Counted from the first letter of the stretch, positions 1 through 7,810 are shown. The stretch: DNA of 35,304 bases from a virus (IMGVR_UViG_3300017766_001811:1-35304); one strand, 5' to 3'. Made by a program: numbers and translations. Notes: generated by a model from the sequence alone, not told the origin.

Positions 1-76
1 AAGGAAGGGGGGAGGATGAGGAGGGGGTTGCGCCGGGGTCGGGAAACATTCCCCTATCAAAAAACATACCCATCCC

Positions 77-388
77 CTACCATGTCCTGGACTGGACACC
101 CACGACAGGACGGACTGACGCGCCACGACTCGAGTTGCATCTCCTGTGTGCAGCACGCATATTGGCAGGATCGAGCAAGGCACCTCCCCTAGACAGCGGT
201 ACCACGTGGTCCACAGTACCGGCCCCAGGGGTACCACAGATCCAGCAGATACCCCGGTCGCGCGCCAACACGACCTTCCGCATCTTCTGGTATGCGTAAG
301 TCCTACGCATCCTGTGAATCTCTGGGTCTTTCGACACTGCCAACCTGCTCGATCCTGCCAACACCACACTACCATATAGGTAGGGCAT
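77..388 (-). CDS. HNH endonuclease (packaging-associated, HK97 gp74-like)
   Basis: CWICG...TVDHVVPLSRGG...NMRAAHRRCNSSRG HNH motif. Last gene before terS if the ends are joined. The true start may be the ATG near 310. Confidence 0.9.
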   Translation of the reverse strand: MPYLYGSVVLAGSSRLAVSKDPEIHRMRRTYAYQKMRKVVLARDRGICWICGTPGAGTVDHVVPLSRGGALLDPANMRAAHRRCNSSRGASVRPVVGVQSRTW

Positions 389-391
389 CTA

Positions 392-1222
392 CTAGTGTCC
401 GCTGCTCCCGAAACCCTTCTCGCCACGTGTGGTCTCTGACAGAGCAGCATGGTCGATACGCAACACCTCCATACCCATGGCATAGGTGGGGAAGGGGATA
501 GCCTGCACCAACCGTTCACGTGGTTGGACAGTCACAGGCTGGTCACCGATGTTCTGACACACCACAAACATCGGACCCCTATACCCTGCATCGATCACAC
601 TGGGTGGGACATAGAGCCGACGTCTGGCAAACGTGGACGACCTACCCAACACCAAGGCCCACATACCATCAGGCCACTCAAGATGGACATCACACGGTAC
701 GGTGGTGATCTCACCAGGAGCCACAGTCACAGGCTGGTCGTTGCTGCAGAACAGGTCAAAACCCGCATCGTCATGATGTGCCTTGTCCGGTACCAATCCT
801 GAACCGGCGACCTTCAACACCGCTGGCTCAGACACGACAGATCCCAACCCGTCCAACCAACGGTACAGACTGTCCCAATCTCCCGGCTCGATCATCGTCA
901 CACCAGGAGTACCGAACAGCGCGAAACCCGCAGTCTGACCGATCACCAACACAGGGATACCCAGGGTGGTGGCTTCTCCGATCTCGACACCACAACCGAC
1001 CGAATGGACACCGGCCGGCCAGTAGACCACAACACCATCCGCAGCCTGGAGCGCGTACCGGTTGACAGTCTGAACCCGTGAATCCATGATCGTCAGGTCG
1101 ACATCCCATGCTCCTCCTGGGCGGTAGACGGTCAGTCCACAGTTGATGATCTCGTTGGTGAGTTCGCTGACCTCCAACGGGTTGATGGTGGCGAAGTCCA
1201 ACGGGTGGGCTAGGTAGATCAC
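392..1222 (-). CDS. Fusion of a nucleoside 2-deoxyribosyltransferase/dNMP N-glycosidase-like domain and a trimeric dUTPase-family domain
   Basis: N-terminal IYLAHP...ADGVVV...SVGCGVEIGEA...PVLV (NDT/DNPH1-like). C-terminal dUTPase motifs AGFDL, GRSS, VIDAGYRG, RLVQ, RGEKGFGSSG. GTG start at 1222 overlaps the upstream stop (GTGA) and follows GGAGG. Confidence 0.8.
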   Translation of the reverse strand: MIYLAHPLDFATINPLEVSELTNEIINCGLTVYRPGGAWDVDLTIMDSRVQTVNRYALQAADGVVVYWPAGVHSVGCGVEIGEATTLGIPVLVIGQTAGFALFGTPGVTMIEPGDWDSLYRWLDGLGSVVSEPAVLKVAGSGLVPDKAHHDDAGFDLFCSNDQPVTVAPGEITTVPCDVHLEWPDGMWALVLGRSSTFARRRLYVPPSVIDAGYRGPMFVVCQNIGDQPVTVQPRERLVQAIPFPTYAMGMEVLRIDHAALSETTRGEKGFGSSGH

Positions 1223-1566
1223 AGCCAGCCTCCTGTCTGGCGGATCTTCATGGCCATCATGCTGTAGAAATGCAGGTCGTACCATGAGTCACTGTCTGGG
1301 ATCTGACCCATCTCGTATCCTGAGAAGATCCGTGCGATCTTCCCCATGGTGTAGAACGCAACAGCGATCTCCTCATCGCTGATCTCGGTCGAGATACCGG
1401 GTGCGAGCCGGCGCATCGCTGCTCCGATAGTGTGGAGGTCACCTGATCCGTAACGGACGGTCTTACCCATGTCGTTGTTGATCCGTTCATGGAGACTGTT
1501 GATCCACTCTAGGAGTGGGGTCAGAGCGGGGTATTCCCACTCGAGTTCCTGGTTGGTTGGTTCCAT
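1219..1566 (-). CDS. All-helical MazG-like / DUF1599 (Nmad1)-like nucleotide-modification-associated protein
   Basis: K..RYGS ... GKIARI ... DSWYDL..Y pattern. Lies between purZ and the dUTPase fusion. Confidence 0.5.
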   Translation of the reverse strand: MEPTNQELEWEYPALTPLLEWINSLHERINNDMGKTVRYGSGDLHTIGAAMRRLAPGISTEISDEEIAVAFYTMGKIARIFSGYEMGQIPDSDSWYDLHFYSMMAMKIRQTGGWL

Positions 1567-1587
1567 CTTGTTTGCCCTTTCTTATGT

Positions 1588-2688
1588 TCAGATGGTGGGT
1601 AGGTCGCGGAGCCAGACGATGGTGTCGGGTCCGGTGGTGACTGCGGCTGGTGGGCAGATCTCTTCTGCGAACCGGTCCAACCATGTGTAGATCTCAGAGG
1701 TGAGGTCGGCACTGTTGGCGACGGTCGGATCGATGTAGTCCAGGAAGGACAGGATGATGTGGACGTTCGGGTTGGTGGGGTTGTCGATGTCTCCACCGTT
1801 TGCCTCGTACGCTCCGATCACCAGATCCTGGTCCCATTCTCCGATCCTACGGATCTTCTGTGTGACGGTGGTACGTTCGGGCTGGATGTAGCCGTTGCTC
1901 ATCTCGTTGAGGTCTGCCCAGTCGAGTTCCCCGTTGAGTGGTCCGCTGTTGCCAGCGACACGGATGGGGTAGGTGCGTGCGACGAGCCATGTGTCGGTGC
2001 GTGCGATCCTGTGGTCCCAGGGGTTGAGTCCGGCCATGGCGAGGAAGTCGATAGCGCGGGTGTTGCTGCTGGTGCAGTGGGGGTAGTGTCCGCTGTGGAG
2101 TCCTAGTCCGTAGCCCTGGGTGCCTTCGATGATGACGTCCCATGTGGTGTGGCTGGCGAGGAGCCGGTGTACGGGGTCGGGGGTGGTCCACTGTCGGGTG
2201 TAGGTGTTGTCTCGTGCGATGTTGGCCTGTCGCATGAGTCGTGCTGCTCGTGCTGCTCCGATGCCTTTGCCGGTGCTGCCGATCTTGCCGGTGAGGTCGG
2301 CTGTGGTTTCGGCCTGCTTGTGGTGGGGTTCGAGGATGGTGGCCTGTTCGGAGATGAGAAGCCGGTCGGATACGTGGTAGCCGGCCTGGTCGAGCCGGGT
2401 GATCTCGTCTTCGAGGACGTCGATGTCGATCTCGGAGCCGGCTGCGAGGATGAGGTCGCAGGTGGGGTCGACAACAGCGGTGATGGGGATGGTGCGTAGT
2501 GCCCAGATTTTTTGGTCGATGTTGCCCTGGGCGCTGTGGCCTGCGTTGGGTCCGGCTACTCGGATGGTGGCTCGGTTGGGGGTGTGGTTGGGGTGGTTGC
2601 GTCGGGCGCGGTTGATCTGGGCTGTGATGTGACCTTTTGCTTCGCTTCCGAACTGTGCTCCGACGATGATGTCGAGGTGTCTGATCAT
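1588..2688 (-). CDS. purZ: PurZ (PurZ0-type) 2-amino-deoxyadenylosuccinate synthetase, a PurA paralogue
   Basis: PurA-fold motifs GPNAGH, GSTGKGIG, EGTQG, YPHCTS. The P-loop GAQFGSEAKG has Ser where PurA has catalytic Asp (GDEGKG). Also PIRVAGNSG and ERTTVTQKIRR. SFLD keeps the guanine-binding Asp, as in GTP-using PurZ0. Confidence 0.85.
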   Translation of the reverse strand: MIRHLDIIVGAQFGSEAKGHITAQINRARRNHPNHTPNRATIRVAGPNAGHSAQGNIDQKIWALRTIPITAVVDPTCDLILAAGSEIDIDVLEDEITRLDQAGYHVSDRLLISEQATILEPHHKQAETTADLTGKIGSTGKGIGAARAARLMRQANIARDNTYTRQWTTPDPVHRLLASHTTWDVIIEGTQGYGLGLHSGHYPHCTSSNTRAIDFLAMAGLNPWDHRIARTDTWLVARTYPIRVAGNSGPLNGELDWADLNEMSNGYIQPERTTVTQKIRRIGEWDQDLVIGAYEANGGDIDNPTNPNVHIILSFLDYIDPTVANSADLTSEIYTWLDRFAEEICPPAAVTTGPDTIVWLRDLPTI

Positions 2689-2728
2689 TGGGTTTCTCCG
2701 GTTTCGGGTTGGGTCGGGTTGCCAAAAT

Positions 2729-2753
2729 GGACCACACTATGTGTGGTCCTTTT
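2729..2753. terminator. Perfect 9-bp inverted repeat with short T tracts on both strands (terminator or operator) upstream of purZ
   Basis: GGACCACAC-TAT-GTGTGGTCC, followed by TTTT on + and ATTTT on -. Confidence 0.5.
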
Positions 2754-2775
2754 GTCTGGACTTACCGTGCCAGAC

Positions 2776-2836
2776 GGTCTGTAGTGGTCTGTGGGGTGGT
2801 CTGTCGTGTCGTTACGGGGTGGTCTGTGTTGTCTGT
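2776..2836. repeat. Short direct repeats (GGTCTGT x4, including GGGGTGGTCTGT x2) downstream of the primase-helicase
   Basis: Copies at 2776, 2784, 2793 and 2816, with a partial copy at 2831. Confidence 0.55.
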
Positions 2837-2845
2837 CTCCTCCCC

Positions 2846-4579
2846 TTAAATGTCAACGTTATTGACGGTCTGGAAGTGGTCTGGACCGTTCTGAAGCCCT
2901 GCTAGGACCTCGAGGTCGTGTTTCTCGTGGTCCCGTCTGAGATCACTTCGACGGTATTTGAGCGCTGCTGACAGGACCGCGTTGTCTCCTTTGACATCAT
3001 GTTCCTGCATGATCTTCCTGGCTTCTCGTCGGCTGGCTTCAACCGGCACACCGATCGTGTCAAGTGTGTTGGCGAGGTCGGCTGTCCCGGCCGGCCAGCC
3101 ACCAGCCTTGGTCTTTTTGAAACGGTAGGTACCATCACCCTGGGGTTCGGTCAACACCGGGGTCTTCTCTGGGTACCAGGACATCCGGCGGTGGGTGGCG
3201 ACCAACTGTTGTCCTTGGTCGGTACGTTCAAGCCGGATAACGACATCTACATCGTCGTTCTTGGCACTTGATCCTCGCTGGCCGCGGTCGGCTGCTTTAC
3301 CTGCGTGGTCTAGCCGCATCCAACCGATCAACGCTTGTTTGAGCAACATACCTGTGCAGCGGTAGAACGCTCGCATGGTGTCTGCGCTGTTTTCTTCTCC
3401 TGAGATCGATCGGCTGGTGGTGTCGATGATCACGAACTGTGCTTCTACTGCTTGTGCCGATTCGAGCAGTGCTTGTCCTCCTGGTTCTGTGTCTAACGGT
3501 GGGAGGGTTGGGAGCAGTGCGTAGTGGAGGTGGGACAGGTCGTCATCTGGTCCGTATCCGTATTCTTCGAGCCGGTCTCGTACGTCTTCGGCTGTCATCT
3601 CAAAGTCGACGTACAACACGTGGACGGGTTCACCTCCTGGGTGGTCTAGGAAGGGTCGGCCTGTGGCCAGTGCGGCACATGCGGCGAGGATCAGGTAGGA
3701 TTTGCCGCTTTTGGCTCCTGCGTACAGTGCGTGGCTGCGTCCTTGGGCGAACAGCGGTTCTAACAGCCATTCTGCGCGGTATTCGGTGTGCCACAGTTCG
3801 TCCCAGTCGATCAACCATGGTGTGAGTGGGTGTGGTGTCTGGTTGAGATATGGGACAAGTTGGTCGGTGCTGTAACCATGTTGGATGTGGTCGGTGAGGT
3901 CTTTTCCGTGTCTGGCTAGCCAGATGGTGGATTCGGTGTCGATGTCCTGGAGGGTCTGTTGGATGTGAAGTGCGTGTTTGATACCGGGTTCGTCGTTGTC
4001 TGCAACGATGTGGATCTCGGCTCCTTCGAGCCATTGGCTGTGTTGTCCGGTCCACCGGCCGGCTCCTCCGCTGTTACAGGTTGCGGTGTGTCCTAGCCGG
4101 CGGAGGGTTTCGACGTCTTTTTCTCCTTCGACGACCCAGATGGGGTGTCCGGCGGCGATGGCGTCGATGACCTGTGGCAATCGGTAGGGGAGCGGTTCGA
4201 TCCCACGGATGTTCCACACCCATTCACCTGTTGGCCCTGGGTGGCGTTGTGCGAACCGTTTGCTGGAGTAGCGGAGCACTTGGTAACGGAGGTTGTTGTC
4301 TGCGTCTCGGTAGTCGTAGACGTCCATCACCGGGTCGGTGTTGGGCCGGTCGTTACACAGGTCTCCCCATGTGAGTCCGAGTGTCTCCAGGATGTGGCGT
4401 GGTTCACATCCTGCGTGGCAGTGGACAACTACGGGTTGTGTCTTCCCTTCACCTATACTGAGTGAGGGGTTTCGGTCGTCGTGGGCTGGGCATCGGGCGG
4501 TGATGTTGGCTCCGGTCTTACGTGGGTCGCATCCACGTTCGACCAGTGCTGCCATGACCGCATCTAGGGCTGCGGTCAC
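2846..4579 (-). CDS. DNA primase-helicase (zinc finger, TOPRIM, RecA-like AAA domain)
   Basis: CPAHDDRNPSLS...HCHAGC zinc finger; VEGEKD and ADNDEPG TOPRIM; Walker A AGAKSGKS, Walker B VIIDT. Start reassigned to GTG 4579, just after the upstream stop. Confidence 0.88.
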   Translation of the reverse strand: MTAALDAVMAALVERGCDPRKTGANITARCPAHDDRNPSLSIGEGKTQPVVVHCHAGCEPRHILETLGLTWGDLCNDRPNTDPVMDVYDYRDADNNLRYQVLRYSSKRFAQRHPGPTGEWVWNIRGIEPLPYRLPQVIDAIAAGHPIWVVEGEKDVETLRRLGHTATCNSGGAGRWTGQHSQWLEGAEIHIVADNDEPGIKHALHIQQTLQDIDTESTIWLARHGKDLTDHIQHGYSTDQLVPYLNQTPHPLTPWLIDWDELWHTEYRAEWLLEPLFAQGRSHALYAGAKSGKSYLILAACAALATGRPFLDHPGGEPVHVLYVDFEMTAEDVRDRLEEYGYGPDDDLSHLHYALLPTLPPLDTEPGGQALLESAQAVEAQFVIIDTTSRSISGEENSADTMRAFYRCTGMLLKQALIGWMRLDHAGKAADRGQRGSSAKNDDVDVVIRLERTDQGQQLVATHRRMSWYPEKTPVLTEPQGDGTYRFKKTKAGGWPAGTADLANTLDTIGVPVEASRREARKIMQEHDVKGDNAVLSAALKYRRSDLRRDHEKHDLEVLAGLQNGPDHFQTVNNVDI

Positions 4580-4584
4580 AGGGC

Positions 4585-4986
4585 TTAGAAGTCGTCTAGG
4601 GCTACGGGGGTGGGTGTGGTGTATGCGGCCTTGAACAGTTTGGGCGGGTTGAATCCTGCCTTGGGCTGTTCGCCTAGTCCGGTGTGCTTGAGTCGGAGTG
4701 TTCCTCCTGGCTCGAGGTTGGTGGCACCTGCGTCCTTCACGGCGTCTGCGACGGCCTGGGTGATGCGCTTTCCTCGTGGGAGCCACAGGCTGTAGGTGCC
4801 GTCGTTGGTCTCGATGTCGAGGACGAGTTTGGGGGTCCGTCCGCCGTCGAGGTCGTCGGTCTCGATGACTCGCGGCTCGTTGAGGATGGTTCCGTTGATT
4901 TCGTCTCCGATGTCGTTGAAACGGAAGGCGGGGTTGCTGTCGTAGGACCTCGACTGTGCGAGGAACTGCGTGGGGTCGTCTGACAC
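4585..4986 (-). CDS. Probable ssDNA-binding / replication accessory protein
   Basis: Beta-rich 133 aa protein with NPPKLF and acidic-aromatic tail LDDF. Between exonuclease and primase. AGGAG RBS before GTG 4986. Confidence 0.5.
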   Translation of the reverse strand: MSDDPTQFLAQSRSYDSNPAFRFNDIGDEINGTILNEPRVIETDDLDGGRTPKLVLDIETNDGTYSLWLPRGKRITQAVADAVKDAGATNLEPGGTLRLKHTGLGEQPKAGFNPPKLFKAAYTTPTPVALDDF

Positions 4987-5015
4987 TTGATGTGCTCCTG
5001 TTCTAGGGGTGGGGT

Positions 5016-6596
5016 TCACCATTCGGTGATCTGGTATTCACCATCTGTGTTGATGGAGATCTTGCCCAGGGTGGCGATCCTGGTTGCGAGTTGTAGTTGT
5101 TCGAGGGTCATGGTTCCGAGTTGGACACCGATGGGCCATTGGTCTGCGTGGGTATTGGTTCCTTCTCGTGCCAGCCTGAGACAGAGGTTGATGGGGGTCT
5201 GGTTGTTGTCTGGCTGGTCGTGTTCGTAGAGACGTTCGATGAGTTCGAGTGCGAGTGTGCAGGCTTGGAGCCGGCGGTTGCTGCGGTAGGTCTGGTGGTC
5301 CCATCGGACGGTCCGTCGGGTGGCTTGGGTGATCCAGCCTCGTAGGATCTCGGTGTCTGTGTCGTCGAGTGTTGCGGTCTTGTGGATGATCAGATCGCAT
5401 TGGTCGCGGTCTGCTTGTCCTCCTGGTGGTGGGCTGACCGGGGTGGGTGTGGGGTTGGTGTCGGTCTGTGGGAGGGTGGGGGTGAGGTCTAGATCGGTGG
5501 TGGGGTTGTGGTGCAGGTCGAGTTCGAGGGTCTGTTCGATCTTGGTGATGTGTTCCCATGTCCATTGGTCTGACCGGGCGGGTCCTGGGGTGCCGTGTGG
5601 CCAGCGGCTGGCGAGGTCTTTGCTGGCTGCGCTTCCGGTCTTTGGGAGTTGATCTAGGACGGTCTTGACCCGCTCAGCCAGCCTGTTGGGTTCTTCTTGG
5701 CTTTCCGGGGGGTCTCCGGTGACATCGGGACTGGTAGCGTTGTCTTCGTGGCTCTGAACCTCGAGAGGTGTCTCGACAGGTGTTCCCGGCTCAACCGTGC
5801 CGTGGTAAAGATCTTTACGTTTGCGCCAGTTGCGGACCCAGGCTGCTGGTTCCTGAGCAGCGATACCGGCAGAGATATCCAACCAGTGCAGCGTGCAGGT
5901 GTCACCGCTGGCGGGGAGGTGGATCACCACAGCACGTTCCTGCGACACCGGCAGCGGCTCCTGGTGGGTCTCGGAACGCCAGTCGTACCAAGTGGTTGCG
6001 GTGGCGTACAGCCCGAGTTGGATTGAGAACCCACGTGCAGACCATTCGATTGAAGATCCGGTCTTCAGATCTGCGATGTAGAGTTGGTCTCCGATCCTGA
6101 CCACCCGGTCGAACGTACCTGCGATCTGCAACGGCTCGTGGACAACAACCTGTTCCACATGGTCGACCAGGACCTCGACCTGTGCAGCCTCGAGAGCAGC
6201 GGTGTACCGGGCAACCTGTGTGGCGAACATCGCTGGGACAGGCTGGTTGAGATCTGCGAGTTCGGTGGCCTTGTGGAGCGCGGTACCCAGGGTGGCTGCA
6301 GCACCGGAACCGACCGCATCCATCGCATCCTGACAGACACGGTTGATGGTTTTCTTGTCGGTGGTCTCGGTGGTGGCCAACTGTGCGATCAGGTCGGGTC
6401 GGCCGGCTAGCCCGGTCGCCACCTGACGCATCTTCCACAGTTCAAGGTGGTACCGGTCATCTAGGAGGTCTGCGAAGGTGGTGGCCCGCTGGTAGGACTG
6501 TGGTTTGCCTCCACCGGGTGGGACGATCAGGTACCGACCGAACCTGTCTCGTCTCGGTTCTGTCAGTCCTGGGTCGAGGATGTCGCCCTGTTCCAT
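5016..6596 (-). CDS. PD-(D/E)XK exonuclease (RecB/Cas4-like) with long C-terminal extension
   Basis: GTALH, AGTFDR, IADLKTG, QLGLYA motifs. Confidence 0.8.
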   Translation of the reverse strand: MEQGDILDPGLTEPRRDRFGRYLIVPPGGGKPQSYQRATTFADLLDDRYHLELWKMRQVATGLAGRPDLIAQLATTETTDKKTINRVCQDAMDAVGSGAAATLGTALHKATELADLNQPVPAMFATQVARYTAALEAAQVEVLVDHVEQVVVHEPLQIAGTFDRVVRIGDQLYIADLKTGSSIEWSARGFSIQLGLYATATTWYDWRSETHQEPLPVSQERAVVIHLPASGDTCTLHWLDISAGIAAQEPAAWVRNWRKRKDLYHGTVEPGTPVETPLEVQSHEDNATSPDVTGDPPESQEEPNRLAERVKTVLDQLPKTGSAASKDLASRWPHGTPGPARSDQWTWEHITKIEQTLELDLHHNPTTDLDLTPTLPQTDTNPTPTPVSPPPGGQADRDQCDLIIHKTATLDDTDTEILRGWITQATRRTVRWDHQTYRSNRRLQACTLALELIERLYEHDQPDNNQTPINLCLRLAREGTNTHADQWPIGVQLGTMTLEQLQLATRIATLGKISINTDGEYQITEW

Positions 6597-6602
6597 GTGT
6601 TG

Positions 6603-7055
6603 TCAGCCCTTTCTCATCCGGTAGCGTTCACGTTCGTCGGTACCTGCCCAGATCCCTACGGTGTTGTGACGCAGTGCGTATTCTAGGCATTCGGCCTGCA
6701 CTCCACAAGTGGTACAGATCTGTCTTGCAGGTTTGGTCTTGTCCGGCTGGCGGTGTGCTGGCCGTCCAGCACGGTCCTGTGGGAAGAACAGATCGACCGG
6801 TTCACCTTTACACGCGGCATGGTCCATCCATTCGACCAGGACCGGCTGTGTTGGCATCTTGATCTTGAAGATCTTCACCTGTACCGACAGTGCACACCAT
6901 CGGGTGGTTGCACTCAACAGTTGATGTAGGTAACGGCGGTTGTAGCCGGTGATCTGTGAGATCTCGGTGTAGGTCATCCCTGACCGGTTCAGGTCACGTA
7001 ACCGTTGTTGGACTGCTGTGACCGGGACCAGCCCGAAGGGGTCATCGTCGGTCAC
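6603..7055 (-). CDS. whiB: WhiB-family transcription factor with N-terminal HTH
   Basis: WMDHAAC...LFFP...ICTTC.V.AECLEYAL...GIWAGT..RER. N-terminal GMTYTEISQITGYNRRYL is HTH-like. Confidence 0.88.
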   Translation of the reverse strand: MTDDDPFGLVPVTAVQQRLRDLNRSGMTYTEISQITGYNRRYLHQLLSATTRWCALSVQVKIFKIKMPTQPVLVEWMDHAACKGEPVDLFFPQDRAGRPAHRQPDKTKPARQICTTCGVQAECLEYALRHNTVGIWAGTDERERYRMRKG

Positions 7056-7810
7056 CGCACAGGGTCCACATCTGCTGCGAACGCCAACCCTGGGAGCGCA
7101 ACCCTACGGATCACGGATGACGACACGTCACCCTCGTTCCATGTGTCACCAGCATACTGGGCCACCATCTGGAGGTAACCGGCTGCGAGGATCTGAGCAG
7201 ATCGGTTTGAGATCCCGACCGCGATAGCACTAGCAACCTGCAGGTCTGTGGATCTCATACCGGTCTGACCAACACTGTTCATCACCTTTGTGAACCCGAA
7301 CTGTTGTGCAACAGCAAGATCCAACCGGGTGCAGAGATCTGCGGTACCCAGGAGATCCATCTGATCCTGGTGGGTACCGACTGCTCCTTTGATCCCACGG
7401 AACGGGTACCAGTCAGGCCAGTTGACCAAGGTGGGGTTCTGATGTCGACTGGCCAACAGCGACATGGTTTGAGCCATCTGTACCTGTGTGGCGTTGTCTA
7501 CCACATCGGCAGAGGTCATACCTAGATGGAGGATCTGATCACAACCGATCTCGTCGATGGTCTGTTCCAACAGCGCTTTGATGTCATGTCGGGTGGTGCG
7601 TTCTCGTTTCTCGAGTTCCCACAGGTCGATCTTCCCCTGACGCCACCGGAGCGCATCGACCACCCATCTCCAAGATGGATCTACAACATCGTGGTCGATA
7701 TGGAACTGCAACACTGTTGCCCATATCTGGTGGATGATCTGCCGGCGGTTCTGGTCGGACCAGATGTGGACCATCTCAGATGTCGGTGTCAGGTAGGTCT
7801 CTGGTGGCAT
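7052..7810 (-). CDS. Minimised adenylosuccinate lyase (PurB)-like protein
   Basis: EM..IWS, ERTTRHDIKA, HLGMTSAD, YPFRGIKGAVGT, SVGQ..RS.D and GDTWNEGDVSSSVIRRVALP match actinobacterial PurB. The GR(S/T)H and SSxMPxKxN motifs and the C-terminal domain are absent. Confidence 0.8.
   Translation of the reverse strand: MPPETYLTPTSEMVHIWSDQNRRQIIHQIWATVLQFHIDHDVVDPSWRWVVDALRWRQGKIDLWELEKRERTTRHDIKALLEQTIDEIGCDQILHLGMTSADVVDNATQVQMAQTMSLLASRHQNPTLVNWPDWYPFRGIKGAVGTHQDQMDLLGTADLCTRLDLAVAQQFGFTKVMNSVGQTGMRSTDLQVASAIAVGISNRSAQILAAGYLQMVAQYAGDTWNEGDVSSSVIRRVALPGLAFAADVDPVR

Noticed and set aside
1588-2688. Ordinary PurA auxiliary metabolic gene
   Set aside because: The catalytic Asp of GDEGKG is replaced by Ser and the neighbours are dNTP-hydrolase-like, which fits PurZ better.
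4580-4786. N-terminal 69 aa of the 646 aa primase ORF call
   Set aside because: It overlaps the SSB-like gene in another frame and is low-complexity Arg-rich; the start at 4579 is more plausible.
7052-7810. Decayed host purB pseudogene
   Set aside because: No stops or frameshifts, overlaps with both neighbours, and selective retention of binding motifs. Not fully excluded without homologues.
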